From UHGV virus genome UHGV-0383422: DNA of 40,660 nt. One strand, 5' to 3'. The translations under genes and the position numbers were made by a program. This document shows positions 8,409 through 17,638 of the stretch, in pieces. Every line of letters begins with the position of its first letter. Position 1 is the first letter of the stretch. The notes under the pieces are model-generated. The model saw nothing but the letters and a program-made list of their open reading frames with translations, made no database searches and was not told where the DNA came from. Origin of the DNA: a virus.

Positions 8409-9119
8409 ATGGCTAATGCTCAAACTTCCATCTTCAAATTTGAATCTGTTAACCCTATCCGTTCCATCATTATCGATGGCCAACCATGGTTTGTAGCCCA
8501 AGACGTTTGTAGTGCGCTGCGTATCCAAAACGTCACCCAAGCACTTGAAAAACTGGATGATGATGAAAGGTCTATGTTCAACATAGGGCATGAACATCGT
8601 GCAATTTTTGACAGCCGAGTAAAAGAGATCAACATCATCTCCGAGTCAGGCCTCTACACACTGATCCTCCGCTGCCGCGACGCAGTGACACCAGGCACTA
8701 TCCCCTACCGCTTTCGTAAATGGGTTACGGGTGAGGTTCTTCCTCAGATCCGCCGCACCGGAAGCTACATTAAAAACTCGCTCCCGCAGGAAGAACGCAT
8801 AAAGATGGTTGCCGACCAGGTGGCCAACGCCACGGCGTCAGCAGTAATGCAGGCGATGAAGATAGAGAACAAAACCTACAGCGCCCCACTGAATCCCGGC
8901 TACCGCAGCCTGATTCATTCGCCGTCTGGTGTTCTCGGCCTGACGGAGAACTCACTGCTGATGAATCTGCTGAACCAGTTACAGGACGACGGGCACGACG
9001 TATCGGGCGCGGCGGCGGAGCTGACCACCATGTTCTGCTACATCGTCGGTGTGAGCAAATGCCTGCGTGATATCCAGACCCACGCGGAATACATCAACGA
9101 CAAGGCAGGGTTCTTCTGA
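8409..9119 (+). CDS. Bro-N domain antirepressor-like protein
   Basis: 236 aa from ATG at 8409 with GGAGA Shine-Dalgarno; N-terminal Bro-N/KilA-N-like region; C-terminal domain homologous to the 7003-7260 product. Confidence 0.7.
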   Translation: MANAQTSIFKFESVNPIRSIIIDGQPWFVAQDVCSALRIQNVTQALEKLDDDERSMFNIGHEHRAIFDSRVKEINIISESGLYTLILRCRDAVTPGTIPYRFRKWVTGEVLPQIRRTGSYIKNSLPQEERIKMVADQVANATASAVMQAMKIENKTYSAPLNPGYRSLIHSPSGVLGLTENSLLMNLLNQLQDDGHDVSGAAAELTTMFCYIVGVSKCLRDIQTHAEYINDKAGFF

Positions 9120-9126
9120 CGGGCGG

Positions 9127-9152
9127 TGGCACAGGGATGTGCCTTTAAATAA
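9127..9152 (+). terminator. rho-independent terminator after the Bro-N gene
   Basis: Stem GGCACA/TGTGCC with GGGA loop followed by TTTAAATAATT. Confidence 0.55.
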
Positions 9153-9190
9153 TTCTGTACAGATTGCAGACTGTGGGTGAATAGCGTACT

Positions 9191-9207
9191 ATTACCTTAA
9201 AGGTAAA
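9191..9207. promoter_or_regulatory. operator-like palindrome ATTACCT-TAA-AGGTAAA
   Basis: Immediately upstream of the GGAGG Shine-Dalgarno and ATG (9219) of the 55-aa gene. Confidence 0.5.
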
Positions 9208-9218
9208 GGAGGCGCGAT

Positions 9219-9386
9219 ATGACAGCGTTGAAAAATCGTACTCAGCACAATGAACAAGCCAAGCAATGCTGGGATGTCATTGGAAAAGTTATGCTTGGCC
9301 GCGCAAGCAAAGAGCGCGACAAGGATATGGTTTACCAGACAGGAACATCTTTCAGCGACTTCAAGGCGGCATTTCGCTCCAAATAG
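9219..9386 (+). CDS. hypothetical small protein (55 aa)
   Basis: ATG with strong AAAGGAGG Shine-Dalgarno; hydrophilic; not in the supplied track (below 60 aa); overlaps the N-terminal extension of listed ORF 9266-9847, which I reject. Confidence 0.55.
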   Translation: MTALKNRTQHNEQAKQCWDVIGKVMLGRASKERDKDMVYQTGTSFSDFKAAFRSK

Positions 9387-9406
9387 AAGCACATCAGGAG
9401 TTTTCC

Positions 9407-9847
9407 TTGAAGTTTAACATTAGAATATCTAATAGTTTTCTACATGGGGAAAGCAACACCCCTTTCGCTGTAGACGGACCTTTCCTTACTGATGATGAAA
9501 TAAAAATCATACAAAGTTTTTTAGAGGATGTTGCCAATGGAAGGGCGCTTGTTGGAAAAAACAAGCCCTCGTGGGTTGATGATAACCATGATAAAATTCC
9601 CGGCTCAGACAATTATGAGCAAGAGAATTATTGGCATTATCATTGTGGGCCAACATGGTATCCAAACACATTTAAGAATTATACCATTAACTTAAATTTC
9701 AACCCTGGCGGAAGGCATTCTAATGAATGCATTCATTATGCAAAAAATGATAATGAAATTGTCATTGTTGGATTTTCAAGAGAACACATACCTTTCCTTT
9801 CATCAGATGGAAACAACAATCCGCTTTTTAATGATGAAGAAGAATAG
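9407..9847 (+). CDS. hypothetical protein, AT-rich accessory gene (about 146 aa)
   Basis: Same frame as listed ORF 9266-9847, but start placed at in-frame TTG 9407 six nt after AGGAG; no in-frame ATG in the AT-rich part; sharp drop in GC from about 9400; terminator follows. Confidence 0.5.
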   Translation: MKFNIRISNSFLHGESNTPFAVDGPFLTDDEIKIIQSFLEDVANGRALVGKNKPSWVDDNHDKIPGSDNYEQENYWHYHCGPTWYPNTFKNYTINLNFNPGGRHSNECIHYAKNDNEIVIVGFSREHIPFLSSDGNNNPLFNDEEE

Positions 9848-9867
9848 CCCGCGCTGCGGGCTTTTTT
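9847..9867 (+). terminator. rho-independent terminator
   Basis: Stem GCCCGC/GCGGGC with GCT loop followed by TTTTTT. Confidence 0.75.
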
Positions 9868-9939
9868 GTGGACGAAACAAAAGTCAGTGCTACACTCATT
9901 GACGCCACATTGAGGTGGCTTATAGATGGAAATTTCACA

Positions 9940-10101
9940 ATGAAAAAAGCATTTGCTGCACTGTTCGTTTTGTTGTCTCTGGTAGCTTCAACTCAGGCCT
10001 TTGCCGGTCGTTGTCAGCACGACAGCGACACTGCTGCTGACGGCTCCCGCTGCGGTGGGCGTTCTGCGGACTCCCGTCCGGGCGGCGGTGGCATTCGTTA
10101 A
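9940..10101 (+). CDS. small secreted peptide (signal peptide plus approx 31-aa Cys-containing mature part)
   Basis: MKKAFAALFVLLSLVASTQAFA signal-like N-terminus, then GRCQHDSDTAADGSRCGG...; internal Met chosen because the longer form overlaps the upstream terminator. Confidence 0.45.
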   Translation: MKKAFAALFVLLSLVASTQAFAGRCQHDSDTAADGSRCGGRSADSRPGGGGIR

Positions 10102-10123
10102 AAACAAGGCCGCGAAAGCGGCC
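10096..10123 (-). terminator. hairpin terminator for the minus-strand structural operon
   Basis: Stem GGCCGC/GCGGCC with GAAA loop (10108-10123); T-run on the minus strand. Confidence 0.55.
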
Positions 10124-10124
10124 T

Positions 10125-10136
10125 GTGACATGTCAC
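10125..10136. repeat. 12-bp perfect palindrome GTGACATGTCAC (copy 1 of 3)
   Basis: Exact palindrome between convergent accessory genes and the ejection operon. Confidence 0.6.
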
Positions 10137-10143
10137 GCTCACG

Positions 10144-10284
10144 TTATGACAAGCCTATGTACCCTGCTACACCAGATAATATCATAATAACTGCAACAGC
10201 AAATTCGCCATCGTCAATGATACATTTACGGTTCATAACGCCAAGTGCAACAAGCGCAAACACAACAAGAATAAAAGCAATCAT
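10144..10284 (-). CDS. small hydrophobic membrane peptide (46 aa)
   Basis: MIAFILVVFALVALGVMNRKCIIDDGEFAVAVIMILSGVAGYIGLS; AAGGATGAG Shine-Dalgarno; just downstream of the 824-aa ejection-protein gene; not in supplied track. Confidence 0.45.
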   Translation of the reverse strand: MIAFILVVFALVALGVMNRKCIIDDGEFAVAVIMILSGVAGYIGLS

Positions 10285-10293
10285 TTCTCATCC

Positions 10294-12768
10294 TTATTGC
10301 GGAGTGACATCCTGTGGTCGCCACCAGTATGTCTGGTTAAACTCTTTCTTCGAACGTTGCTCCATTTTACGCAAATAACCTGGTGAAAAATACTCCTGCA
10401 TCTGGTTAAAGATCATGTGATCGAGAGCCGCCTTCAAGTACCAGAGATTCGCACCTGGCATCAGACCTTTCCCCAGCTTAACCAGATCACCACCAGTCTG
10501 CTCACTCTTCCCTTCCACAGCATTTAACGGTATGCCCTGAGCAATCTTCACTACGTCATCAACCAGACCAGCTACCGGGCCAAGCATCGACGCCAGCGCG
10601 CCGCTTCCGTACCTAGTGTGATCTGACAATAAAAAGTCACCGTAAAGGCCAAGACCACCACCTTTCAGTAGAGCACCAAGCCAAAATTTAGCAGCATCTT
10701 CTCCTGTCATCTCGCGAGGATTACGACCAGACGCAAGGTCGTTAAGTTGCTGCGACAAAGCGCCAAGAATGGTCGTACTGGCAATAAACGTCGCAATATA
10801 TGCCGCACGCCCACCAGCAGACGGCATACCCATAGCGCGTGACCAGTGACGCATAACCACCGAGATAGGGAACGATTTAAACAGGAAAACACTTCTCGTT
10901 AATTCACCTTTCCATGTTCCACGCTGAATACCAGAACCGGTTATCAGTTGCTCACGTGCTCCCGGTGTAATAACAGCCATATCAACTTCTTCAGTTACGG
11001 CACCGAGCAGTTTACGCATTGCCTCAAATTTCACGCGTTCAGGCTCACCAAGATGTTTAACTGCTGAATCAGGGATACGCATAATGCTTTCCGGTGTCAG
11101 CATCGTATTATTACCGTTCCCCCAGTCCTCCTGTTTCGCCAGCTTCCATACGCTCCAGTCTGTGTCAGTAATCCCTTTGCTTTTCAGGATACGAAAATCA
11201 GAGTCATCGAGGCTACGAAGGTCTGGTGTACGTGACACTACTTCTCCCAGGCTTCCCATCATGGTTACGCCATAGGCGCGCTTGTGCGCATCTGACCATG
11301 CTGTAAGCCCACTGGCACGCATTACCGCCGTTGCCGCCCAACGAGACACTGACGGCCCCATATTATCCATCGCCCAGCGGTTAACGCTGCCAAGTAGAGA
11401 TTCCATCGCCAGACCAGCGCGGCGCGCCCGCGCAAGTTCTGTACGGTTCGTTGGGTCCATAGCTTCAAGCTGGTTGCGGAATAACTGGTTCATTGGAAGG
11501 TTGGTAACCTTCGCAGACAGATACATGGTTCCAAGATCAGAGAACGATGACAGCAACGCGGATCCGAGTCTGCTGGCAACCAGCCAGTTGCGGATATTGT
11601 CAGACCATCGCGCGATGTGCGGATTCGCTACAGGCTGTGTCTTTCCGGAAATAAAGTTGTACAGATTCTCTGTGTTGTTCGCCAGCCGCTCGACTTTACC
11701 GGTTTTACTCGGGTTAGCTGTTGCCGTTTCTGCCTTCACCTGATCAAGAAGAGAGCGGAAAACATGATCGGGGTTTGGGCCATATGTTTCCACCAGTGCA
11801 ATATCTTTACTGATACCTTCCAGGTGACCGACCATGATTTCCCATAGAGAGCGATCGCCATAAAGTTGCTGATATTGCAGATAGGAATCTGCATCTTTGA
11901 AATGTATCTGTCGTGATGCATTACCACGGTTAGCACGTGCGCCGGAAATTCGCATTCCGGTATCAGTAAGCTTATTCAGCCCACCAGTAGCGATCGTGTT
12001 ATAAGCCTCTCCAAGAAATGAAGACAACTCGGCATCGTTCATCAGTTGTCCATCGGCTCGGATATAATATTTGCGATCCAGCTTACCTATAACATCGCTA
12101 ACCCACTTATCCTTTGATACTGCCCCAACCTTTTCCATAGAATGATGTTGAGGGATCCCCCAGTTTTCGAGATAGCCAATGTCCCCACCAGCATCATTAA
12201 ACCGGCGGCGCAGCAGCTCTGTAACTTCTCTCCACGCCTTAGCACCGTTTCTTGCTTTAGCATTGCCAGTATTTTGCCCCCGCATTTCATATACCAGGTC
12301 ACGTACGCCCGCTTCATCTTCAAACAGACCAAAAAAGCGAGGATCAACTGCTTCGAATGCCTCCTGCAATTGACTCAATGCATAATCACGGGTGGCTTTT
12401 GTTCTGGATTCAACAGAGAGGAAATTAGATTTACCGTCTGCATTAAAAGCTATAGTACGGTTAAGAGCGCCAAGTTTCCCATCAGCCCCTTGATAGCTAT
12501 TGATAAATTTATCCAATCTCTGACGCGCGGCTATAGTGAGAGCCACACGACGTTTCTTTAATGCCGCTTCTCGCTGTAATTCTTCAGATGCCAATTGTGC
12601 TGCTCGATATAGCCGCTCTGATTCGGAAAGTTGTCTCCACGACATCGGGTCATCACGAGCAATGGAGCGCATATTTCGATAAATGCGGTCTTCAATGTTC
12701 TGTATTTCTCGCGCCGTTAACGTGCGCTGCGCCGCCTGCTGGACCGCTTGTATACATTCCTGTCTCAT
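10294..12768 (-). CDS. internal virion / DNA-ejection protein (large)
   Basis: 824 aa; last of three consecutive large genes at the distal end of the morphogenesis operon. Confidence 0.6.
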   Translation of the reverse strand: MRQECIQAVQQAAQRTLTAREIQNIEDRIYRNMRSIARDDPMSWRQLSESERLYRAAQLASEELQREAALKKRRVALTIAARQRLDKFINSYQGADGKLGALNRTIAFNADGKSNFLSVESRTKATRDYALSQLQEAFEAVDPRFFGLFEDEAGVRDLVYEMRGQNTGNAKARNGAKAWREVTELLRRRFNDAGGDIGYLENWGIPQHHSMEKVGAVSKDKWVSDVIGKLDRKYYIRADGQLMNDAELSSFLGEAYNTIATGGLNKLTDTGMRISGARANRGNASRQIHFKDADSYLQYQQLYGDRSLWEIMVGHLEGISKDIALVETYGPNPDHVFRSLLDQVKAETATANPSKTGKVERLANNTENLYNFISGKTQPVANPHIARWSDNIRNWLVASRLGSALLSSFSDLGTMYLSAKVTNLPMNQLFRNQLEAMDPTNRTELARARRAGLAMESLLGSVNRWAMDNMGPSVSRWAATAVMRASGLTAWSDAHKRAYGVTMMGSLGEVVSRTPDLRSLDDSDFRILKSKGITDTDWSVWKLAKQEDWGNGNNTMLTPESIMRIPDSAVKHLGEPERVKFEAMRKLLGAVTEEVDMAVITPGAREQLITGSGIQRGTWKGELTRSVFLFKSFPISVVMRHWSRAMGMPSAGGRAAYIATFIASTTILGALSQQLNDLASGRNPREMTGEDAAKFWLGALLKGGGLGLYGDFLLSDHTRYGSGALASMLGPVAGLVDDVVKIAQGIPLNAVEGKSEQTGGDLVKLGKGLMPGANLWYLKAALDHMIFNQMQEYFSPGYLRKMEQRSKKEFNQTYWWRPQDVTPQ

Positions 12769-12773
12769 TTAAT

Positions 12774-14576
12774 TTAACCTCTCAAGAAACACGCCACAGC
12801 GACATCAAACAGGCTGGAATCCTGTATTGCCTGCTCACTTTCCCTGTTCGCTTCATCCAGTACTTCACGCGCGCTGCGCGATTGTGGATTACCATCATCA
12901 TCCAGCACGGTGATTATCATGTCCGGATATTCAAGCAGCGAGTCTTCAGCTATACGCAGATCAATATCTCCTGCCGGATCTGCCATCATTTTTTGTTCTG
13001 TCTGTTGCAATATCTTACCGGGATCAAAAGGAGCTACTTCGTCTGGCGTCCTGACCTCTGCTGTTTTATAGAATGAAACAGCCTGAGCATTAAGTTCACT
13101 TTCTGCCTGCTGTCTCCGAGCCAGTTCTGCTCGAGCTTCAAAAAACTGACCGCCAGGCTCATGCGGTGCCAACGCGTTACGGGAAAATTCCAGGCGTTCT
13201 TGTGCCTGCCGGATTCGTTGGTCAATATCCCGAAGTCTGGCCTGTTTATCTGATCGAGCACGAGACAAAGCTTTACCGCTACCGGCTGGATCTTCTGCAA
13301 GAATTTGTGCGCGCTGTTCAGTGAGATTTTCAATAATTCGTTGGCTATTAGCGATTTCAGACTGGTAAACCTGTCTATCGCCACGCGGCAAAAGCTGCGC
13401 GGCCTGTTCTTCAAGCAACCGATTTTCTATAGCGCGCGCCGTTACTCCATCATCTACAGATGACAGAGCCTCATTAACTGCCTGAGACAGCAGACTCTTG
13501 CGTCCAGGAATTTCACTGAAAGATGCAGACTCAACAATGCTGGCAACGTCTACAGGTCTCCCCTGGCTAACATCAGACATGGCTTTTCGCAGAGCCTGAA
13601 TGTGCGAATTACGCGAAAGCACGTTGATCGGCACGCCGGGAGCAATATCAATTTCAGCATGATGAGCGGCATTCGCCGCCAGTGCAGCATCGATATCAAC
13701 TGGTGAAAAATTTGGTGCGCTTGTAGACTCGCCGCGAGAGTTAATAAATCTGCCGACACCACCAAACGCCACCCCAAGAACAGCATCAATAGCAATTGCC
13801 TGTCGATCCAACACATCATACTGGTTAGCCATTTCGCTATAGCCACCATCACGAAGCGTTTTTGCAGTAAGCCCACGCTGTGCCATACCGAACGCAATAT
13901 TTGTACCTGCGGCATAGGCAATATCTGGCGTTGCACGTACTGCTGTTGCTGCGGCGCGTCGCACTGAACTTTCACCCGTCCGCGCAAGCTGAGCCGCCAC
14001 ACCTTCCGCCAGCGCACCACCAGCACGTAACCCGAGGCTCATAGGGATCAGTGTTCCGGCACCAGCAGTAATACCCTGCACTAATCCCGCTTCCTGCGCC
14101 GTCCTGAAATCAACACCCTGTGCTGTAAGCCGTTCAAACTCAGAAAAACCCTGTAGAGAAGTTACCGCCGCAGCACCTCCGACCGGACCACCGAGCGTTG
14201 TACCGACAACAGCCTGCCCGCCCATATCGAACAACCCATAAAGGACCTGCCCGGCGGTTCCGGTTGTCGCGGCATCAGGCGTCAGCCGCTTAACCTGCTG
14301 CTCTGCTAGTTTTCTCTGCTCAGCAATGTATGAAACTGAAGTGTCATTGATCGAGGTGTTTTCGTTAACAAACTGAGCAATCGGGGATACGATTTTATCC
14401 ATCCCTGCCCATAGCAACTGATCTGGCTTTGCCACCAGCCCGGAGTACAAACCAGACAATGCCGCTCCTACAGCATTGTCGAAAAAACCAACATCGCTGT
14501 TAAAGCCAGCTGGATTTGATGCTGCTTCGTCAAGCTGCTGATTCTGGTTTACTGGATTAAGGCCAAAGTAACTCAT
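12774..14576 (-). CDS. internal virion / DNA-ejection protein
   Basis: 600 aa, Ala/Gly-rich; position in structural operon. Confidence 0.55.
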   Translation of the reverse strand: MSYFGLNPVNQNQQLDEAASNPAGFNSDVGFFDNAVGAALSGLYSGLVAKPDQLLWAGMDKIVSPIAQFVNENTSINDTSVSYIAEQRKLAEQQVKRLTPDAATTGTAGQVLYGLFDMGGQAVVGTTLGGPVGGAAAVTSLQGFSEFERLTAQGVDFRTAQEAGLVQGITAGAGTLIPMSLGLRAGGALAEGVAAQLARTGESSVRRAAATAVRATPDIAYAAGTNIAFGMAQRGLTAKTLRDGGYSEMANQYDVLDRQAIAIDAVLGVAFGGVGRFINSRGESTSAPNFSPVDIDAALAANAAHHAEIDIAPGVPINVLSRNSHIQALRKAMSDVSQGRPVDVASIVESASFSEIPGRKSLLSQAVNEALSSVDDGVTARAIENRLLEEQAAQLLPRGDRQVYQSEIANSQRIIENLTEQRAQILAEDPAGSGKALSRARSDKQARLRDIDQRIRQAQERLEFSRNALAPHEPGGQFFEARAELARRQQAESELNAQAVSFYKTAEVRTPDEVAPFDPGKILQQTEQKMMADPAGDIDLRIAEDSLLEYPDMIITVLDDDGNPQSRSAREVLDEANRESEQAIQDSSLFDVAVACFLRG

Positions 14577-17086
14577 TGCGGAATATCTCCGGAGAATCTC
14601 TGACGCTTCTGTGTCAGATTAAGAACAACGGGAGAACCATCATCTTTCAGCAGATAACCAGTACCAAGTTTCACCAGGTACTGACTATCGCCGTAACTTT
14701 GCAAACCATACTGACCAGGCGGTGTTTTTATCCCGGAGCCGACAACTTGTTCATTCCAAGCCTGATTAACCTGCTTATCGAATTGCTCTGCAGACATTCC
14801 CCACGGCAAAAGGACATTCCCCATTCCGTTATAGTCATGCACGCCACCTGTAGCTACGTTAACAGCCTGTTTCCAGACATCATTGTCAATTTCGCCTGAT
14901 ACCACGCCTTTTTTCGCCATCACACCAGCGTAATAATCCTTTGCGATCTCGTATGCCATTGATGCGCCCTGAGCGTCACCAGCAAATGCATCCTTCACCA
15001 TGTCAGAAAACTCAAGGCGAAGATCAGCATCTTTAGGCATCGGAATACCTTTCGCATCATCAGTACCTTTACGAGCCGCCGCGCCAGCAAGAATTGTCTG
15101 CGCAGCGGTTTCAGGAGACACGGAAACATCCGGATTAAACCAGTTTTTTTCTGCCAAAATACCACCAGGCTTATCCATCAGTATCCCGGCAACGGCAGCA
15201 GATGGAGCGTTGGCACTGATCTGCTGTAGTGCTGACATATACACCTGCCCACCACCAGTGCTCTGCCTGATGGTATCGAGATATGCTGCCTGTTGGGAAA
15301 CTGGAGCATCACGAAAGAAAACACCGATCTGATTGGCCTCGTCTTTGGAAAAGAACGTCAGTGGAGTGCCATATGACTTAGCAAGGTCACTGACCTGAGC
15401 GGCACGCAAGGCAACGCTCTGTCCAAAGTTATCCTTATTGCTCATGTCGATAGGCTTTGCCTGTCGGGAGGCAAGAGAGAACTGCACAGGATCCGACTGC
15501 CGCTGCTTTATCACCTGATTTGCAGCCGAAACAACGTTGTCATAAAGAGTTGCGCGTGCCGCATACCCCTCCCCTGTATCACCAGTATCCGGGCGTAATT
15601 GCTCAACATATGCTGTAATGCTGCTTGTCGGCATGTTGCGGAAAGAGCCTATATACTGTCCGGCGATCTGCGTATTCTTAAACTCGGTATATCGCAGGTT
15701 TCCTTCTCTGACTCCATAAGCTGCAATAAAATCATCCTCACCAGGTGGGTTAGGAAATTCAATGCCACGCATATACGCAGCCGTCGCATCGCGAACCCGG
15801 CTGTCGAGCATCGTTTTATATTCAGCCTGCTGTTGTCTGGCTAGTGCATCAGTCTGTCGCAACACGCTGGCCTGATCTGATTCACTTAAAGCATCGAACC
15901 AGGCTACACCGGTATAACGTTTATTTTTTGTCGGTAGCTGAGAAAGCCCCAGCGCAGCACTAACACCTGCAGTTAACTGCTGATCACTGTATGGCTGGCT
16001 ACCGTTTTCATGATGGATAATGGCTGCACAAAGCGCCTTCAGGGTATCAGGATTTGATGCATCGAGAGGCTCATCAGCAGAAACGCCAAGTTGTTCGCAC
16101 ACTGCTTTGATATACGACATAGTGTCATTTTTATCAGTAGGCGGTGCCCAGCGATTAATTATCTCGCTGACGGTATCAATACCCTGCCGCTGATACGACA
16201 TCAGGTTCCGCCCTAATGCACGAATACCGTGTTCAGGGGTTTCGAATTTGGCAAAGCGACCATCATCACCAGTCTGCCCAACCCACGGATTAGTTTTGCT
16301 GTATTCAAGATTGCCGGGGTTATTGTTGCGTATACCGCGGGTACGATCGGAAGAGCCACTATCTGCTACAGCACGGCGAGAACCAGCAGCAGTATCGCTT
16401 AACTCGCCGTTTTGCTGTCTTACCTGAAGATAGTTTGCTCCAATAGCATTTTGAGCAGTTGCTTTTGCTGTTGCTTCTTTAAACTCGATTTTCTTGGCCT
16501 GGATTTGCTCGTCACTCCAGCCATGTGCAATGCCGTAATCCTCAATTTGCTGGAAAGTTTGCTTATTAGCCAATACGTATGCGGCGTTGTCGCCATACAA
16601 TGCTGCGGCATTTTTACCATTGTTCAGCAGCGTAGCCTGAAACTGGCCTTCTTCGTAGGCATTTATTTGCCCTATCTCGTGCCGCCCGGCCTGCGTAGTG
16701 AACTGAATGCGCTGCTGCTGCGCCTGCTGCATGAAAGCATTACGAGCCTGTTCATCCGGCAGCGACATAGCCAGTTGTTCGACCTGAGCATCAAACTGCT
16801 GCGTATACTCCTGACCTTTTCCAATAGCATTTTTCCCTTTCAGGTTAAGCAAACCTGTTTCAGGGTTATTCAGCAGATCGCTGCTTATCTGGCTTAAGCT
16901 AAGAGAAGCATCCTGAGCCATAGCAACATTCGCACGCTGTTTTGCCTGCGCAATAATACCTGCATATTGCTCTGCAACATCGCCAAGTACATCACCGACA
17001 TTTGGTGTCTGAAACGATGAGAATCCCTGCGTCGAAATCCCTCTGCTCTGAACCTGACGGCCCGATGTTGTTGGTACAACTGGCAT
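14573..17086 (-). CDS. internal virion / DNA-ejection protein (large)
   Basis: 837 aa; Gln/Ala-rich coiled regions; position in structural operon; any cell-wall-hydrolase domain is unverified. Confidence 0.55.
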   Translation of the reverse strand: MPVVPTTSGRQVQSRGISTQGFSSFQTPNVGDVLGDVAEQYAGIIAQAKQRANVAMAQDASLSLSQISSDLLNNPETGLLNLKGKNAIGKGQEYTQQFDAQVEQLAMSLPDEQARNAFMQQAQQQRIQFTTQAGRHEIGQINAYEEGQFQATLLNNGKNAAALYGDNAAYVLANKQTFQQIEDYGIAHGWSDEQIQAKKIEFKEATAKATAQNAIGANYLQVRQQNGELSDTAAGSRRAVADSGSSDRTRGIRNNNPGNLEYSKTNPWVGQTGDDGRFAKFETPEHGIRALGRNLMSYQRQGIDTVSEIINRWAPPTDKNDTMSYIKAVCEQLGVSADEPLDASNPDTLKALCAAIIHHENGSQPYSDQQLTAGVSAALGLSQLPTKNKRYTGVAWFDALSESDQASVLRQTDALARQQQAEYKTMLDSRVRDATAAYMRGIEFPNPPGEDDFIAAYGVREGNLRYTEFKNTQIAGQYIGSFRNMPTSSITAYVEQLRPDTGDTGEGYAARATLYDNVVSAANQVIKQRQSDPVQFSLASRQAKPIDMSNKDNFGQSVALRAAQVSDLAKSYGTPLTFFSKDEANQIGVFFRDAPVSQQAAYLDTIRQSTGGGQVYMSALQQISANAPSAAVAGILMDKPGGILAEKNWFNPDVSVSPETAAQTILAGAAARKGTDDAKGIPMPKDADLRLEFSDMVKDAFAGDAQGASMAYEIAKDYYAGVMAKKGVVSGEIDNDVWKQAVNVATGGVHDYNGMGNVLLPWGMSAEQFDKQVNQAWNEQVVGSGIKTPPGQYGLQSYGDSQYLVKLGTGYLLKDDGSPVVLNLTQKRQRFSGDIPQ

Positions 17087-17098
17087 CTTATTATCCCC

Positions 17099-17638
17099 TT
17101 ATCGACCGGTTGGAGTGCCAACAGCAGCAGAAATCGGCGCAGCCTTCTGAGAGAACGGGCTCCACGTTCCGCCGCCCATCTGGTATGCACCGTATGCTTT
17201 TAGTGGTGCCGTTAACAAAGTGCTGGTCATCGATGATTTAGCAGCCGACTGAGCAGCAGCCCCCTGTGCCTGAGCATTCATTCCCTGAACCTGATACCCA
17301 TATGCCTCACGCTGAGCATTATTCACTGTCGTTAACGCATCAAGAGTGCCGAACTGAGCATTATCCGCAAAAACGTCAAGAGCTGTTCCGCTACTTAATT
17401 CCGCACCGGTAGCCCCCATAGTGGCCGCCGCAGTGCCTGAGCGTTGACGCATTTCACGACGACGCTGATCCGCTTCAATATTCCCACGATTGATTGAATC
17501 CTGTGCCTGAGCTTCAGCAATTTCAGCATTCCGATCAGCTATGGCTGACTGGTATTTTGCCTGCTTGCTCTGGCTGTACATTGACGCGGCTGTGGATGCC
17601 ACTGTGACGGCAACCAAAGCGATGGCTGGGTTACACAT
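17099..17638 (-). CDS. virion structural protein with N-terminal hydrophobic segment
   Basis: 179 aa; Ala/Gln-rich; structural operon. Confidence 0.5.
   Translation of the reverse strand: MCNPAIALVAVTVASTAASMYSQSKQAKYQSAIADRNAEIAEAQAQDSINRGNIEADQRRREMRQRSGTAAATMGATGAELSSGTALDVFADNAQFGTLDALTTVNNAQREAYGYQVQGMNAQAQGAAAQSAAKSSMTSTLLTAPLKAYGAYQMGGGTWSPFSQKAAPISAAVGTPTGR

Noticed and set aside
9266-9847. Listed 193-aa ORF starting at 9266
   Set aside because: Its first approx 45 codons overlap the better-supported 55-aa gene in another frame; only the AT-rich distal part (from TTG 9407) is kept.
7283-10294. Phase-variable capsule O-acetyltransferase with heptanucleotide repeats next to the endosialidase tailspike
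   Set aside because: Looked for tandem 7-nt repeats and hexapeptide-repeat acyltransferase sequence in the tailspike-adjacent island; none found.
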